A model generated the notes under the pieces. That model searched no databases and had not been told where the DNA came from. It saw nothing but the letters and a program-made list of their open reading frames with translations. From Felis catus (taxonomy: Eukaryota), in NCBI RefSeq assembly GCF_018350175.1, contig NC_058383.1:5644001-5708000 (forward strand): DNA of 64,000 nucleotides, written 5' to 3'. The first letter of the stretch is position 1, and the number at the start of each line of letters is the position of its first letter. Of the stretch, positions 13,001-24,548 are shown piece by piece. The position numbers were made by a program, and so were the translations under genes.

Positions 13001-16000
13001 GGAGCAGAGGCCAGAGAGGACTGGGGAGGGCATGGCACCAAGCTCAGGAGAAGCAGGGACCCTGTCCTGGCTCCCCAACCTCAGGCAGACCCTGGGCTTT
13101 GGGGCAACAGAGTCCAGGTGAGGTGCTGATGCCACTGGGTGCTGTGCCGGCACACAGCGTCCACCCAGGCCCCCGGCTTCTGAGTAGCCCCTGGTGGGAG
13201 GACAGCTGTTCCCCAAGTGCGCCCAGAGAAGGGTCTGGGTCTTTTTAAAGATGCCAAATAGGAGCGCCCGGGTGACTCAGTGGGTCAAGTGTCTGACTCC
13301 TGACTTCCGCTCACGTCACGATCTCATGGTTTCGTGAATTTGAGCCCCGCGTCAGGCTCCGTGTGGACAGTGTGGAACCTGCTTGGAATTCTCTCTCTCT
13401 GCCCCTCCCCCGCTCAGGCTGTCTCTCTCAAAATAAATAAACTGAAAAAAAATTAAAGATGCAAAACAACCTCCTTGACTCTGACCTCCTTTTCAATGAG
13501 AAAGGAAGCTGGGCAGGCATCCTCCTGCTCTCCACCGGCAGGCACGAAGGAGGGCGTGTCGAGCGGCTGGGGGGCCCGGGGAGCAGCCCGTTTGGGGCCC
13601 CGGCCTGCAGGGGTGCCTACGGGAGTGTCTACGGGGCTGCATCTGCCCAGGGTGGTCCCAGTGGCCTTGCTGGGAGGGCTGCGGTGTCTCCAGGCTGGCC
13701 TCCGTCCTCAGCCCCCACGTGCACTAGCTGGAGCCTGTCTGGCCCCTGGCCGCTGTGTGCCCAGCTGACTGGGGTGGGGGTGAGGACAGCGAGGGGGCCC
13801 AGGGGAGGCCAGCACCCTTGCCCTGGGAAGAGCTTCTAGGGCGGTGCGTTGGGACACAGGGAGTCTGAAAAGCAGCCAAGCCTCCTTCTCTACCAGGAAA
13901 CACACTCTGCGGAGACGTTTAGGAGATGCCGCACCCATCAACTTGGGAAGATCACTTTCACTCTTCACTTACTGAGTGGATTTTGCCCAAATACTTCTCG
14001 GCAAAACCCCTCAAGTCTCCAGGATGTGCTCCCCACGACTGCTCTGCGGAGGGACCTGGGATGAGCAGGGGCTCTGGGACCCTGGGCAGAGCTAGCCCCC
14101 CCCCCCCCCCCCCCCCCGTGCCCCTGCAGGCGGGAAGCCTCAGGAGGTGCTGGCACCCCTCCCCCCACCCGTGCAGGCATCACGAGCAGGCCTGGCTGGA
14201 AGGGGCAGCAGGAAGCATCAGGAGCCCCTGCTCTGAGACAGACCCCTGCTGTGTACGAACTGCTGACCCTGGCCGTTGGGACCCACAGCTCAGCGTCACA
14301 CGCACACCTGGTCATTCAGCCCCACGTTCACCATCGTCATTTCTCCGACCATCTCGATCCAGCTGGTGCCACAGGGGTTGTGCGAGTTGATGCCTCTTCG
14401 GAACCACACCTAGGAAGGTCAGAACCAAACACACCCCCTTGGAGGGCCGCTGAACAAGATTAGTTTTTAAAGGTTCTGGAAGGACCAATGAATAATTTGG
14501 TCCTCCGGTCTCTGGCTCATGGCCACAAATGAGCACAGCACATCACTGAGAGAGATGTCATCTGTGTCCCTCTTCCCCATACCTCCCGCTGCACCTCCTT
14601 CTGAGCGTGGCACTGTCCCACAGGGCTGAGGGTCACCTGCCCCCAGCCACACCTGTCCTAGCGGCTTCCTGTCTATTCTCTGGCAGAGGGCATTGCCCCT
14701 CCAGGAGACAAGGCTGCCTGAATCTTTCAAGAACCTTCTCTCTACCAGCTCAGCACCTCTTGGCACCAGGCAGGAGCAGCAGGTGCCCACTGTTTCACTG
14801 TGCACAGAGCTGGGGGGTGGGACTTCTCCTGGGCGGTGTCTGGTGGGAGGTGGCACGCACCACATCTCGAACGCAGACACCGACCCGTGAGCCTGACTAG
14901 AGACATCTCACCCCCGTGGACCGCGGTGTAATCCTCATGCCCGACCCTTGGAAAATACCATTTTGTCTGGTCAAGTTTGCCCCTATGTAATGAACCACAC
15001 AATTCCTGAGGTGGGATGGGGGGAGGTGACCGGTTAAATGAGAAACCCTAAAATCGCTTTTATGAAAAATTCTAGGATGACTAAAATGTCTCCTTGACCC
15101 AAAGAAAGTCTGCACAAATATTTGTCTGAAGACTGAGCAAATTGCGGATATAAATAAGATTTCCCGCTCATTGAATTCATCGTTCTCAGAGGGGCTTAGT
15201 AAGTTGCGGTCTCTGGGAAGTGGATGCTTTGGGTGATCTGTACTTTCTCAGGCTGGGGGATGGCCTGAGGCTCAGGGACCTTCTGCATGGACACAGACTC
15301 AGACATGTGGGGGTTCTGCCCCCTTGGACAATGCTACCGATGCCTGGGAGGTGGGGTCGGAAACACCACGGAAGCAACCTGAAATCTCATTTCACTGGAC
15401 TTGTCTCTGATGACGTAAAAACGAGCACTGGATGGGATCAAAAGGATTCAAATGGCAGAAGGTTCCAGAAAATTGGCACTGGACTATGTGAAACGTCACA
15501 GCGTACTGAATGATAAATACAGTTGTTCTGCAGCCAGTATGGGGGCATGGGTACATCGTGGAGCTCCCACGGCCTTCAACCCCAGAAAACGCACGCTGCT
15601 TGGCTGGATTTGTTCTAAAGGGTTTAGACCACACTAGCAAGAGTAACCACACAGCCCTCAACATTAGGTGAGCCCTCGATTCGATTCCCATATGGGCCAG
15701 TGATGCCTTTAAAAGTAAAGGAAGAAAGAAAATAAAGAAATTAAACAGAGCCCTTGGCCCCAGCCCCCAGCAACCCTGTCTTACTTTCCGGTCCTTGGTG
15801 ATGGCCCAGACCACGCTGACTCCCACGGAGACGTGCATGATCCCATTTTCAGATGTGGGAGGCTCCACTATGGACCAGGAACTTCCTACCCGGCCCCAGA
15901 AGAAAGAGCAGGCGGCCCTCATCAGCAAGAGCGCTGGGGAGAAGAGTGGGCGTCCCCTTGCCTCTCCCTGTATGGGGCGTAGGGCTGCCCACCTTTGGGA

Positions 16001-19000
16001 TTGTTCCTGTTGATTCCTTCCCGGACCAAGGCCTGCCCCTCCCAGAGCGTGACCCACAGGAGGTCGTGGGGCCCACAGCTGATCTGTACCGCCTCCCCTG
16101 GGGTGTCCATGAGGGACCACGATGAGCCTTCAGGGTTGGGGTGGCTGACATCCTCTCTGTACCACACCTGGGTGGCGGAGAAACCCACGGCAGGGTCAGG
16201 CGGGGCCCGGCCAGGGCTCCGGGTCAGGCTTACAGCCCAAGCCTGACTATGCTTGCACGAGTATGTGCGCAGGCCAGGCGTGGAGTCTCTGGGAGCCAGG
16301 GGGCCCTGACTGTCCAGACTCGCTCTCCCTGGCCCCACTGCCATCGGAATCCTCATGCCAGATTAGATGGCCCCCAACCGCTGCTAAAAAAAATGCCACC
16401 CGGGGTTTCAGCCATCCTGGCTTTGGAACATCTGCTTTCAAGAACCCCTTCCCCATTCACCTAGGGTCCCAGGGAGACCTCTGGCCCCATCCAGCCCCAG
16501 GGGTCTTGTGCCCCCTAGTGGTGATGCACTCTCAGTACACTGAATCTAGGGGAAGGGTGGGGGGGTCCCTGGTGGTGAACCGGGAAAACCCCTAAATCCC
16601 TTTCATAGGAATGTGTAAAATATCCACTTCTTTTTTCCTTTAACTTGGAGACAACGGGTGTAACAAAATATTTAAGACTGAGCCACCTGTTCATATTGTC
16701 CAAACCGTTTGGCTCACTTCATCTGGAAGGGGTTTCACCTTGCCAAGTGGTCCAGGAGGGTGGGGACCCCTCCCAGGCTGTCTCCACACTGGGGACCACG
16801 GCCTCCCAACCCTTACGCCTCTCCCTCACAGCCCACCCCTGGGCAGCCTCCATTCTGCTACCTGCTGGTTTGGGGGCCCCTCAGTCTCTCTAGCTTCTCC
16901 TGGAGCCCAGGGTCCTAGTCAGACCTTTATGGCCCTCAGGAGTGCAGCAGGGCTGTGGCTGACAGCACGGAGCGACCACAAGCGCTGCTCTCACGCCCCT
17001 GTTCTCCCCTCTCTCTGCATCCAGGTGCTCATGGACCCTCAACGGGGGCTCTGTCCCAGCCAGCTCCCTACCACCTTTCAGCACGGCTCAGAAAACAAAC
17101 AACTGTGGGTTGAGCTATGCCCAGGCCAAACAAGAGTCCAGAGGTAAGTAAGCCTGATAAAAACCTACTGTGATTATTCCAAGGCCAACCAGAAAATCGT
17201 GGTGAACTTGTGGTAAAGGGTACGGACTGGACAAAGTCTGCTCTAAAACCACAGCTAAAGTGCTGAGTCACCTGCATGAAGGACCACCTATGTCACTACT
17301 GCCAGCGGGAGCTGGCCTTACTCCTTGGTTCATAAACTTCCTGAGAGAAGAATCTCCTCTTCTCTCTAAATATCCAGCCACCCAGCCTCTGACCTCCCCA
17401 CCTACCCGTCTACCTACTCACCCATCTATCCAACCACCCACGCACCCACCTACCCATCATCCATCCACCTACCCACTCAGCCATCCATACAGCCATCTAC
17501 TCTCCACACACCCATTTATCCACCTGTCCATTCCCCTCTCCACATAACCACCTGACCCCATTCACGATACTATTGGAGACTGCTGTGCGGGAACCACCCG
17601 AAGGGAGTTGGCAGGGAACTCAGAATCTGAGGAGACAACACTGAGGACATCTGAGCTCAGGGTGGGCACTGATCAATGCTCTGGGGGCACAGAGAAGGGA
17701 TAGGCCAGGGCCAGGCACGGGCTGGGAGGTCAGAAGCTTTGAGGAGGAGGAGGAGGACCAAGTGGGTCCACAGAACCGCAGGATTCACAGGAGGGGTTAC
17801 TGTGGGGACCCTACTAACATGGCTCCTCGCCTGCTCAGGGCGGTCCCAGCTGTAGGGACAGGCGGTGAGGAGCGGAGAAGGGCTCAGGGGCAACCCCCGC
17901 CCCTAGCTTCCACCTTTGGCCCGGAAGGCCAGTTTGTCTCCTGCCTGCTCCTTCTGGTGGCTGGCCTCCCCCAGCCACCTCCCATCCTAGGACACAGGGG
18001 GACACGGGCCTTACCTTTCCCTGCAGAGACACGGCCCATACGGACAGGCGGCCCACAGGCTCGTCTGTGATTTCCCACCCCCCCACAGAGAGGTCATTGA
18101 AGGGGTCGGGCAGTTGCTCGGGGTCATCCTTCGAAGGGATCTGAAACGAGCAGGCATGTGGCAGAGGCGGTCATGACCCGTGGGCATCCGGGCCAGGAGA
18201 TGGCAGTGTTCCCCTCCTGGTGGACACCCAAGTGCTCGGCCCCCCTCCAACACTCCCCGCTACCTTCCCCCAGCACGCTGCCCTCTGTTCTCCAGCTCAG
18301 CCCGCCCACAACTGCCTGACTCCACAGAGAAGCCAGCAAGCCAGCATCAGGACAGCGAGCTCCCGGCCCTGGGTCCCCTCTGCCCAGGCCTCCTTCTGTC
18401 GGCCACTAGGCCTGGGGCTGCTACCCCCGAGGGCCCACTGCTGCTCCAGTGTGGAAGGCAGACGTACAGGCAAGGTCTCGGCTCTGTGCTTTGCAGTGAC
18501 CTGACTGCCGTGACCCTGTACCCCCACCTAGAAGGGGGCCGATCGCAGAACCTGGCCCTGGGTGTGAGCCATTACCCTGTTCTCTGGGCGGCTGCTCCCA
18601 GCACAAGGGGCTGGCAGGCTGGGCTAGTGGCCCCACCTCAAAGCAGGATCCCTCCAGAAAGGTCTGGCGAGGGCCCAAGGCCCTCCTCTCATTCAAGGCC
18701 ACATAGGACCCCAATCCAGGCCTCACATCCCTGAACTGGGAGATTTCTGGGGTCACGGGAACAACCCAAGAGCCAGAGTGGCTCCTGTGGGGGTTGGGGG
18801 AGGAAGAAGGGCACAGACTGTGCCTCAGTCTGGGGCAGGAGAGCCTGGAGACCAGGGTCAGGTCAAGTTCTGTGCTGTCCCGGGCCACAGTCTAGTCCGG
18901 CTTCCTCTGTGGCCAACTCCCAGCCAAGAGCGCACTCAGCACCACAGTGTTCTTGGGACAGGAGGTGAGTCAAAGGCCAGGTCCCAGGGTGGCATGGTAT

Positions 19001-20397
19001 GCCCTGCCCAGAGGAGGGGTGGGCGGGGATGAGGGTCCCACGGGACCCTCCCAATCGTGGGACTGCTGTCCAACCCTGCCCCCCGCCCCGGCCACACTCA
19101 GGCATCGACCTTGGCCCAGGCGTCCCGGGACTCGTATCTCCTGTACCGGATCCACCTGCGCCGCCGCACACAAGAATTCCACTTCTTGTCTCTCGTGTAG
19201 GTGGCGGGGAAGTCGATGGCGTACGTCCACCCCTGAAATACCAAGCAGGGGGTGGCTCTGTCAGGCTCCTGGGGAAGGAAGGAAACAGCTGGGGATGGGG
19301 TTGGGGGGAGCGGGGTAGAAGAGAGGGAGGGGGACAGTGGTAGGGCCCCGAGTGCCCAGCCCCTCGTATCCCAAGCAGGAACATGCAGGGCACCAGCTGA
19401 GGGTGGACGCTGGGGCACCGGGGACAGCACCGGGGGGCACGGGGTCCTTCCCCACAGGGGAGCCGCGGCAGGAATGGAATTCACCTACCCCTTTCTCGGT
19501 GGGTTCCCCTCCAAAATTCTCGTCCACGTACCAGTCCGACTCCCACACCCAGTGCGGCGAGGGCAGCGCCACCCCGTCCAGCGGCCGGTGCTGGAGCCCA
19601 CTCACGTCACTCCACTGCCAGCGGTCGCTGGGCAGGAGCTTCTCACAGAAGCCGCCCACGGGGTTCCAGCGCTGAGGGCCGGGAAGCAGACACAAGGCCT
19701 TAGGCCTGCTGCCGGCCTAGGGTGGCGGGGACCTCTCCGTGACGAGCAGGACCCTGCCAGTAGGGCCCCCCTGCAGAGATCTCCAGGATGGGAAGTGAGC
19801 AGGGGGTCTGCCTGGAACTCAGGGATCAGAGCCTCCCACGGCTCATCACCAAGCGCCAGCATGTCAGCAGCTCCCCAAAGGGCAAGCAACCTGCTGTGGG
19901 GGACACAGGGCCCCGAGGGGCAGCCGGTAGGGGTCACGGCCCTGTCCCAGGCTCCAGGAAACTACCTGGAGTCCACCTTGTGCAGACCTGGCCAGCCTGC
20001 CTTGATAAGGACACAACAGGGGGTCTGGCCCCAAAGGCCCTGGACACCGGACAGCTCTGATGTTAAGCAGAATGAAGGAAACGCATGTGGGGCTTGGCCA
20101 CGAGCGTGGGGCAGGGCGATCTCCTTCCCGGCAGACCAACCAACCGAGCCGCCCAAACCCACGCGACTCCACCTGGTTCTCATAGGCCTCCTCCCGGCGG
20201 CGGATGGGGACGTCGCTGGCGCACACGTACACGTAGACCTGGTTGTCACAGGCGATGCCCCAGCAGCACTGCGTGGCCGCGCTGACGCGCTTGAACTCCA
20301 GCTGGCTGTCCTTGCAGGGCTCCCAGTACTGCCCAGCCGTGGAGAGCGTGTGCACCTTCCCGAAGAGATCCACCGCCCACAGCGCCGAGTTGGGCAT
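474..20397 (-). CDS. TECPR1: TECPR1 (tectonin beta-propeller repeat-containing protein 1), full spliced CDS: 24 coding exons, 3540 nt, 1179 aa
   Basis: Exons assembled by hand give an uninterrupted frame from MPNSALWAVDLFGK to ...EAPSLVRC*, with TECPR repeats, two dysferlin (DysF) domains and a PH domain. All introns are GT-AG except one GC-AG. Synteny with BRI3 and BAIAP2L1 matches. Confidence 0.97.
798..917 (-). CDS. TECPR1: TECPR1 coding exon 23
   Basis: VWVIANKVQGSHSLSRG...WDYGIG. Confidence 0.95.
1055..1161 (-). CDS. TECPR1: TECPR1 coding exon 22
   Basis: NLWYRQGVTPSYPQGSSWEHVSNNVRQVSVGPLDQ. Confidence 0.94.
1852..1944 (-). CDS. TECPR1: TECPR1 coding exon 21 (followed by a GC donor)
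   Basis: DCWYHIPSPPKQRLKQVSVGQTSVYALDEN; donor G|GCAAGT. Confidence 0.92.
2808..2943 (-). CDS. TECPR1: TECPR1 coding exon 20
   Basis: GSSWLHVGTDQPF...AQPA. Confidence 0.95.
3247..3427 (-). CDS. TECPR1: TECPR1 coding exon 19
   Basis: KCKLVTSGPWLEV...SELNPA. Confidence 0.95.
3874..3930 (-). CDS. TECPR1: TECPR1 coding exon 18
   Basis: SYHGYKTMKDFVRRRCWA; 57 nt. Confidence 0.95.
   Translation of the reverse strand, partial: LVPRVQNHEGFCEEKVLG
3995..4027. repeat. (CA)n microsatellite
   Basis: About 16 CA units. Confidence 0.95.
4850..4929 (-). CDS. TECPR1: TECPR1 coding exon 17
   Basis: VSDWAVDFSVPGGTDQEGWQYASDFP. Confidence 0.95.
4961..5001 (-). repeat. (GGGGCC)n hexanucleotide repeat, about 6 units
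   Basis: (CCCCGG)6 followed by CCCGG on plus. Confidence 0.95.
5009..5105 (-). CDS. TECPR1: TECPR1 coding exon 16 (second DysF)
   Basis: GLPTDRYMWSDASGLQ...LQWSW. Confidence 0.95.
6084..6186 (-). CDS. TECPR1: TECPR1 coding exon 15
   Basis: GLASSTSNIYTQSDVKCVYIYENQRWNPVTGYSS; donor GTAAGC. Confidence 0.95.
7178..7299 (-). CDS. TECPR1: TECPR1 coding exon 14
   Basis: FWRQMGGHLRVVEA...GGGSCFQ. Confidence 0.95.
8134..8291 (-). CDS. TECPR1: TECPR1 coding exon 13
   Basis: LALLNLSCCES...LPCDQ; donor GTGAGT. Confidence 0.95.
8408..8557 (-). CDS. TECPR1: TECPR1 coding exon 12 (PH domain)
   Basis: YIHVFLNEV...EQDMNDW; donor GTGAGT. Confidence 0.95.
9087..9242 (-). CDS. TECPR1: TECPR1 coding exon 11 (PH domain)
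   Basis: SVWVKTGALQWW...HEEKK; 156 nt. Confidence 0.95.
9541..9686 (-). CDS. TECPR1: TECPR1 coding exon 10 (ATG5-interacting region)
   Basis: GLSPSMQTLSLSITPAQTAAWRKQIFQQLTERTKRELENFRHYEQAVEQ. Confidence 0.95.
9784..9872 (+). mobile_element. CAN-SINE 5' half only (no tail)
   Basis: SINE head ...ttgatttcagctcaggtcatgat...gagccccgc, flanked by ctgtaaaa direct repeats. Confidence 0.75.
10052..10542 (-). CDS. TECPR1: TECPR1 coding exon 9 (largely disordered linker)
   Basis: AGCFFGDEVRGSGE...ELPWTNIDLKE...WFTVQS; 491 nt. Confidence 0.95.
10740..11725 (-). mobile_element. Old LINE-1 (L1M-like) 3' fragment in a TECPR1 intron
   Basis: Degenerate L1 ORF2 C terminus (...WEEIFANHTFDKNLASRIYKELL...; ...LENSLAV...) plus L1 3' UTR-like sequence; frameshifted. 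Confidence 0.85.
12630..12775 (-). CDS. TECPR1: TECPR1 coding exon 8
   Basis: VWGIGCEDRAIYFRQG...SSSSLL; 146 nt. Confidence 0.95.
13260..13455 (+). mobile_element. CAN-SINE (SINEC)
   Basis: tRNA-derived head, CT tract, A tail, TSD taaagatgc. Confidence 0.9.
14308..14409 (-). CDS. TECPR1: TECPR1 coding exon 7
   Basis: VWFRRGINSHNPCGTSWIEMVGEMTMVNVGLNDQ; 102 nt. Confidence 0.95.
15785..15885 (-). CDS. TECPR1: TECPR1 coding exon 6
   Basis: GSSWSIVEPP...TKDRK; donor GTAAGA. Confidence 0.95.
15993..16167 (-). CDS. TECPR1: TECPR1 coding exon 5
   Basis: VWYREDVSHPNPEG...NNPK; 175 nt. Confidence 0.95.
17375..17560. repeat. (CCAY)n low-complexity tract
   Basis: Degenerate ccat/ccac/ccta units. 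Confidence 0.8.
18015..18140 (-). CDS. TECPR1: TECPR1 coding exon 4
   Basis: IPSKDDPEQLPDPF...SLQGK; donor GTAAGG. Confidence 0.95.
19110..19232 (-). CDS. TECPR1: TECPR1 coding exon 3 (DysF C-terminal part)
   Basis: GWTYAIDFPA...RDAWAK; 123 nt; weak donor GTCGAT. Confidence 0.93.
19489..19671 (-). CDS. TECPR1: TECPR1 coding exon 2 (DysF N-terminal part)
   Basis: RWNPVGGFCEK...EPTEKG; AG/GT boundaries; 183 nt. Confidence 0.95.
20173..20397 (-). CDS. TECPR1: TECPR1 coding exon 1 (ATG at 20397; exon acceptor at 20409)
   Basis: MPNSALW...EEAYENQ; acceptor ttctccctcag, Kozak GCCATG, donor CAG|GTGGAG. Confidence 0.95.
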
Positions 20398-20479
20398 GGC
20401 AGCGGGTAACTGAGGGAGAACTGGTGGCAGGAGGCCAAGGTCAGTGTGGGCGGCCAGTCCTGGCTTCCAGTCTAGGGCC

Positions 20480-20684
20480 CTTCTTCTTCTTCTTCTTCTT
20501 TTTTTTTTTTTTTAATGTTTATTTATTTAGAGAGAGAAAGAGGGAGAGAGAGAATCTTGAGCAGGCTCCGTGCTGTCAGCACAGAGCCCAACACAGGGCT
20601 CGAACTCACGAACTGTGAGAGCATGACCTGAGCTGAAATCAAGAGCCTGAAGCTTTAACCAACTGAGCCACCCAGGTGCCCCCA
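20480..20684 (-). mobile_element. CAN-SINE (SINEC)
   Basis: Reverse-oriented SINE with (CTT)n and poly-T tail. Confidence 0.9.
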
Positions 20685-20867
20685 GGGCCCGTATTTGTTC
20701 TTTGTTCTTTCTTTCCCTCTAATTATGGGGATTATTTTCAAACATACAAAAAATATACAGAGAAAAAAAAATGTAACATTCAAGTTATCTATCTCCCCAA
20801 ATTTAACGAGTATTATCATTTGATCATATTTCCTCCACACCTTTCTTGTCTCGAAAAGAATAAGTGA

Positions 20868-21063
20868 AGGGGCGCCTGGGTTGCCCAGTCGGTTAAGCGT
20901 CGGACTTCGGCTCAGGTCATAATCTCATGGCTCGTGGGCTCGAGCCCCGCATCGGGCTCTGTGCTGACAGCTCAGAGCCTGGAGCCTGCTTTGGAGTCTG
21001 TGTCTCCCTCTCTCTCTGCCCCTCCCCGCTTGTGCTCTCTTTCTCTCAAAAATAAATAAACAT

Positions 21064-21100
<37 letters not shown>
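20868..21100 (+). mobile_element. CAN-SINE with (TAA)n tail
   Basis: ggggcgcctggg head; TSD gaataagtgaa. Confidence 0.92.
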
Positions 21101-21643
21101 ATAAGTGAAAAGTTACAGATTTAGTTCAGTCTTACGCCCATGGCTGCCTCCCCAGGAAGCCTCTGCCCCACGGTGGGCAGGTCCCCTCGTTTATGTGGGT
21201 CCCACAGTGACAATCCTATGTGGGGGTGGTGAAAGCATCCCCACAGCCACAGTCCTGCGGGAGGCCTACGGCTGTGTGATGGGGATGTGAGGGTCCTGTC
21301 TACGACCCCCTGTGTGACCACCCTCTCCTGGCCGAGCCCTCTCCATCTGCCATCCTCCACTCCTGCCGCCTTTTTCTGTCCTCTTTCTGCTCCGTAGGCG
21401 GTGGGCAAGGTGACCGGTAAGCTCCGTGGCCACCCCCACGCCTCCAGGACGGACCGTGCTGGTGCTCCCTGGGGCCTGACTCCCGGAGCCTGGCTTCCGG
21501 TAGGGAAAGCCTCCGACCAGGGCAGGGCCTCGAGGTCTGGGATGACAGCAGGCCTGGGGAGTGGCAGCGGGAAGCTCGGCCTGACACCACCCCAAGGCCA
21601 GGAAGGAGGCAAGAGCTGCTAGGAGACAGCATCCCACCCTCAC

Positions 21644-21739
21644 GGGAGGCTGCTAGGCCGGGCTGTTCCGCTCCTGCCAGCACACCAGAGGCTGTGGGCG
21701 CTTCAGACAGCACAACTCGATGGCACAGATGCAAAGCGT
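21644..21739 (-). other. TECPR1: Candidate TECPR1 second 5' UTR exon
   Basis: Acceptor cttgttctcag and donor GTGAGG in unique sequence between exon 1 and the ATG exon; boundaries uncertain. Confidence 0.35.
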
Positions 21740-21874
21740 CTGAGAACAAGAGCATCTGCTACAGGCAAATAGGCTCTTTTGCAACAAAGCGTGTCTTACG
21801 AACACCAAGAAGAAAGTGCGGCCTGAGAAGGAAGAAACCAAGGGATGAGGAAGGAGGGAAGCAGAAGGAACAAG

Positions 21875-22090
21875 AGGGGCGCCCGGGTGGCTCGGTCGGT
21901 TAAGCATCCTACTTGGGCTCAGATCATGATCCTGCGGTTTAAGAGTTCAAGCCCCGTGTCGGGTTGTGTGCTGACAGCTTGGAGCCTGGAGCCTGCTTCG
22001 GATTCTGGGTCTCCCTCGTTCTCTCTCTGCCCCTCCCCAGCTCTCTCTCAAAAATAAATAAATATTGAAAAGATAAAAAAATAAAAAAGA
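21875..22090 (+). mobile_element. CAN-SINE
   Basis: Head, CT tract, A tail. Confidence 0.9.
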
Positions 22091-24548
22091 GGGAACAGGA
22101 GCCAAGCTTTATGAAACATCCCAGAATCCCGACCTTTCTGCCCTGGCACCAAGGCTCAGCCAAACGTATGGGCAGTCATGACACCAGCCTTCTGGAGCCA
22201 TTTGAAAACTGGTATCTGTGTCCAGGTGGAAGAGCTGCAAGGCACCCCCTCTTCACCCCTGCCCGGCCCAGCCTGAGGGTCCACTATCTGCCTCTGGCAT
22301 CTACGCTGTGACTAAAAGTGCCCAGAGCCACACCCTGGACCCCGACTGTTGGAATCTGGGTCCTGGCTCCATCACTTTCTGGCACCACCCAGAGTCGACT
22401 AACCTCTCCATGCCTCAGTTTCTTAATCTTGTAAAAGGCGGAAGGGAACACCGACCTACTTACAAGGTTGTTGTGAGATTTATGTGAAATCATACAGGTG
22501 TAGAGCCTGTGATAGATCATGCTCAGTACTCAGCCAGAACTCAATGGGCATTATTGGCATTGTTTTACTACTCGGCATTTGCGACCACAAACTCCGACTT
22601 ATCTCCTATCTCGTAGAAAAGAGACAAAATCAAAGCCCTTTCTCTTCAACCTGAGCCTTTAGTCTCTTCATTTCCTTAGCACTTAACAGCGATCTGCACA
22701 TAGTGGCTGTTCAACCAAAGTTTACGGATTATCACGGCCACCTACATCCGCTAGATTGCCATCTTCCTAGGCTAGGATGGAAATACTGCTTCAGGTAAGC
22801 CGAATGCCATCGATTACTTAAGGTTTAAAGTAAGGTCACAATAGGTGGCAAGGTTGGTGATAAAACTAAAGACCAGGAGTAGAAAAGGTGGGTGGAGGGG
22901 TGCTTACTGTATAACGCGTTAAACTTGGCTGTGTGTCTGAATATCTTCGTCATAAATTGTTGGGGGGAAAAGTAAGAATTTTGGAGGTGAAGGGAATTTG
23001 GTTCTTATGATGTCAGTTTAATATATAGCCACTCTTCAAAGCTATCTCTCAGCTGACGGTCCACATTATAAGAAACCAGTGAAGTCAGGCTACCTGTGGG
23101 TTGAGCTCAATGAATAGTGACTTTGACTTGTATTTGATACACTTCCCTTCAGAGAAATGACTAAGCAGTAATTTCCACACAGACATAATTGAACCTTCCG
23201 GGCAGCTAACAAAAGACTCTGCTGCAGAGAAAGGACAGGAATGGGGGTTATGTTTGCAGACTCCCTTCAGAGTGGACACCCAGGCACCATCATTTCCCAG
23301 CCAAAGATGACAGCGGTGAATATCCTTGGCCAGCCTCACCCCCTTTCTGCTCTTGCCAGGATGCTACCCCAACTCCTCATATACCACTTCCTGGCTGTGA
23401 GGTAACCACGTAACCAATCCAGGGACACTGGGTCACTGGGTCAGAGGACTCTTGAAAGGAAAAGCAGGTTTGAGCATTAAGTCTCTTGATTCTGGGATCC
23501 TGGGACTCCTTTGTTTTGTAGGGGTAGAGAGAACACTATCCAAGAAAGCAACTTCAGATTCACCAAGAACTTTTGCACAATGAATTCCAGTTGGACCTTC
23601 AGTCATTCCACTAAGAAGACCTGCTCACCACCCTCAGAGCCACCTGCCTTTCTGAACAGGTTTATTAATAGATCCCTTCGGAGGCCAAAAGGTCCCCAAG
23701 GGAAGGTGGGGGTGGGGGGAGTAGGGCGAGGGTATGGTAGAAGGAGGGACACAAGGGACCAAGAGAGCTCTTGAAGCATCTATGTCCCTGACTCTGCCTT
23801 AGGACTCCTTCCTGAAAGGTTTCCTGTTGGGTATTCTATTACATCCGTCACTCCCACCCTCTGTACAAACACAGGGAGTCTGGCTACTGAGGTTGCTTAC
23901 TGCCAGCCACTTGCAGGGGCTGTTGGGAAGTGACAACAGGGTCCAAAGACGCGGGAGAAAATAGCAGGACATGCACGGTAGTTGAGTCCTTCCTGAAGCA
24001 GGGTCCACCGGTCGCACTGGCCAGGAGATGCCCTGAGCCTGCAGTTTCGGGATGAACCCCACCCCATTCCACTACCACCACCAACCCCCCCCCCCCCCGC
24101 GATGATCGCGGGCAGGTCAGCCTTGGTTTCATTCGGCTGTATGCACTTAGGCGACAGGTGGGCCCCCTGTCCAGCCACCAGTAGCACAGTCGGAGCGCCC
24201 GGCCCTCACCATCTGCCCTTGCTAATCCCACGACAAGCTGATTTGCTCCTACCGCTGCCTACAGGAGGGACAGACGGTCTCTTTGCAGCTCGACCCCCTA
24301 AACCCGCAGGCTCCAGGAATCACTCCAGCGCAGAGACTGGGGTGGAAGCGTCAGCGGGTGTTCCGGGGGACGGCGACGGCGCCCGGCACGGTGTGCAGGA
24401 AGGCGCACCTGCACAACCTCTCCCACCCTTCGGGTGTCAGGGGCAAACGCAGCCGCGGGGGAGGAGGCGCCGCTGCCCTCCACCGCCTCAACCTGTCCGG
24501 AGAGGCCGGGGTGTCCATCCCACCGGCCCGACCCGCCGCCGCACTCAC

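Noticed and set aside
19252..20409. 385-aa plus-strand ORF, the longest in the track
   Set aside because: Antisense shadow of TECPR1 exons in GC-rich DNA; non-ATG start and no recognisable domain.
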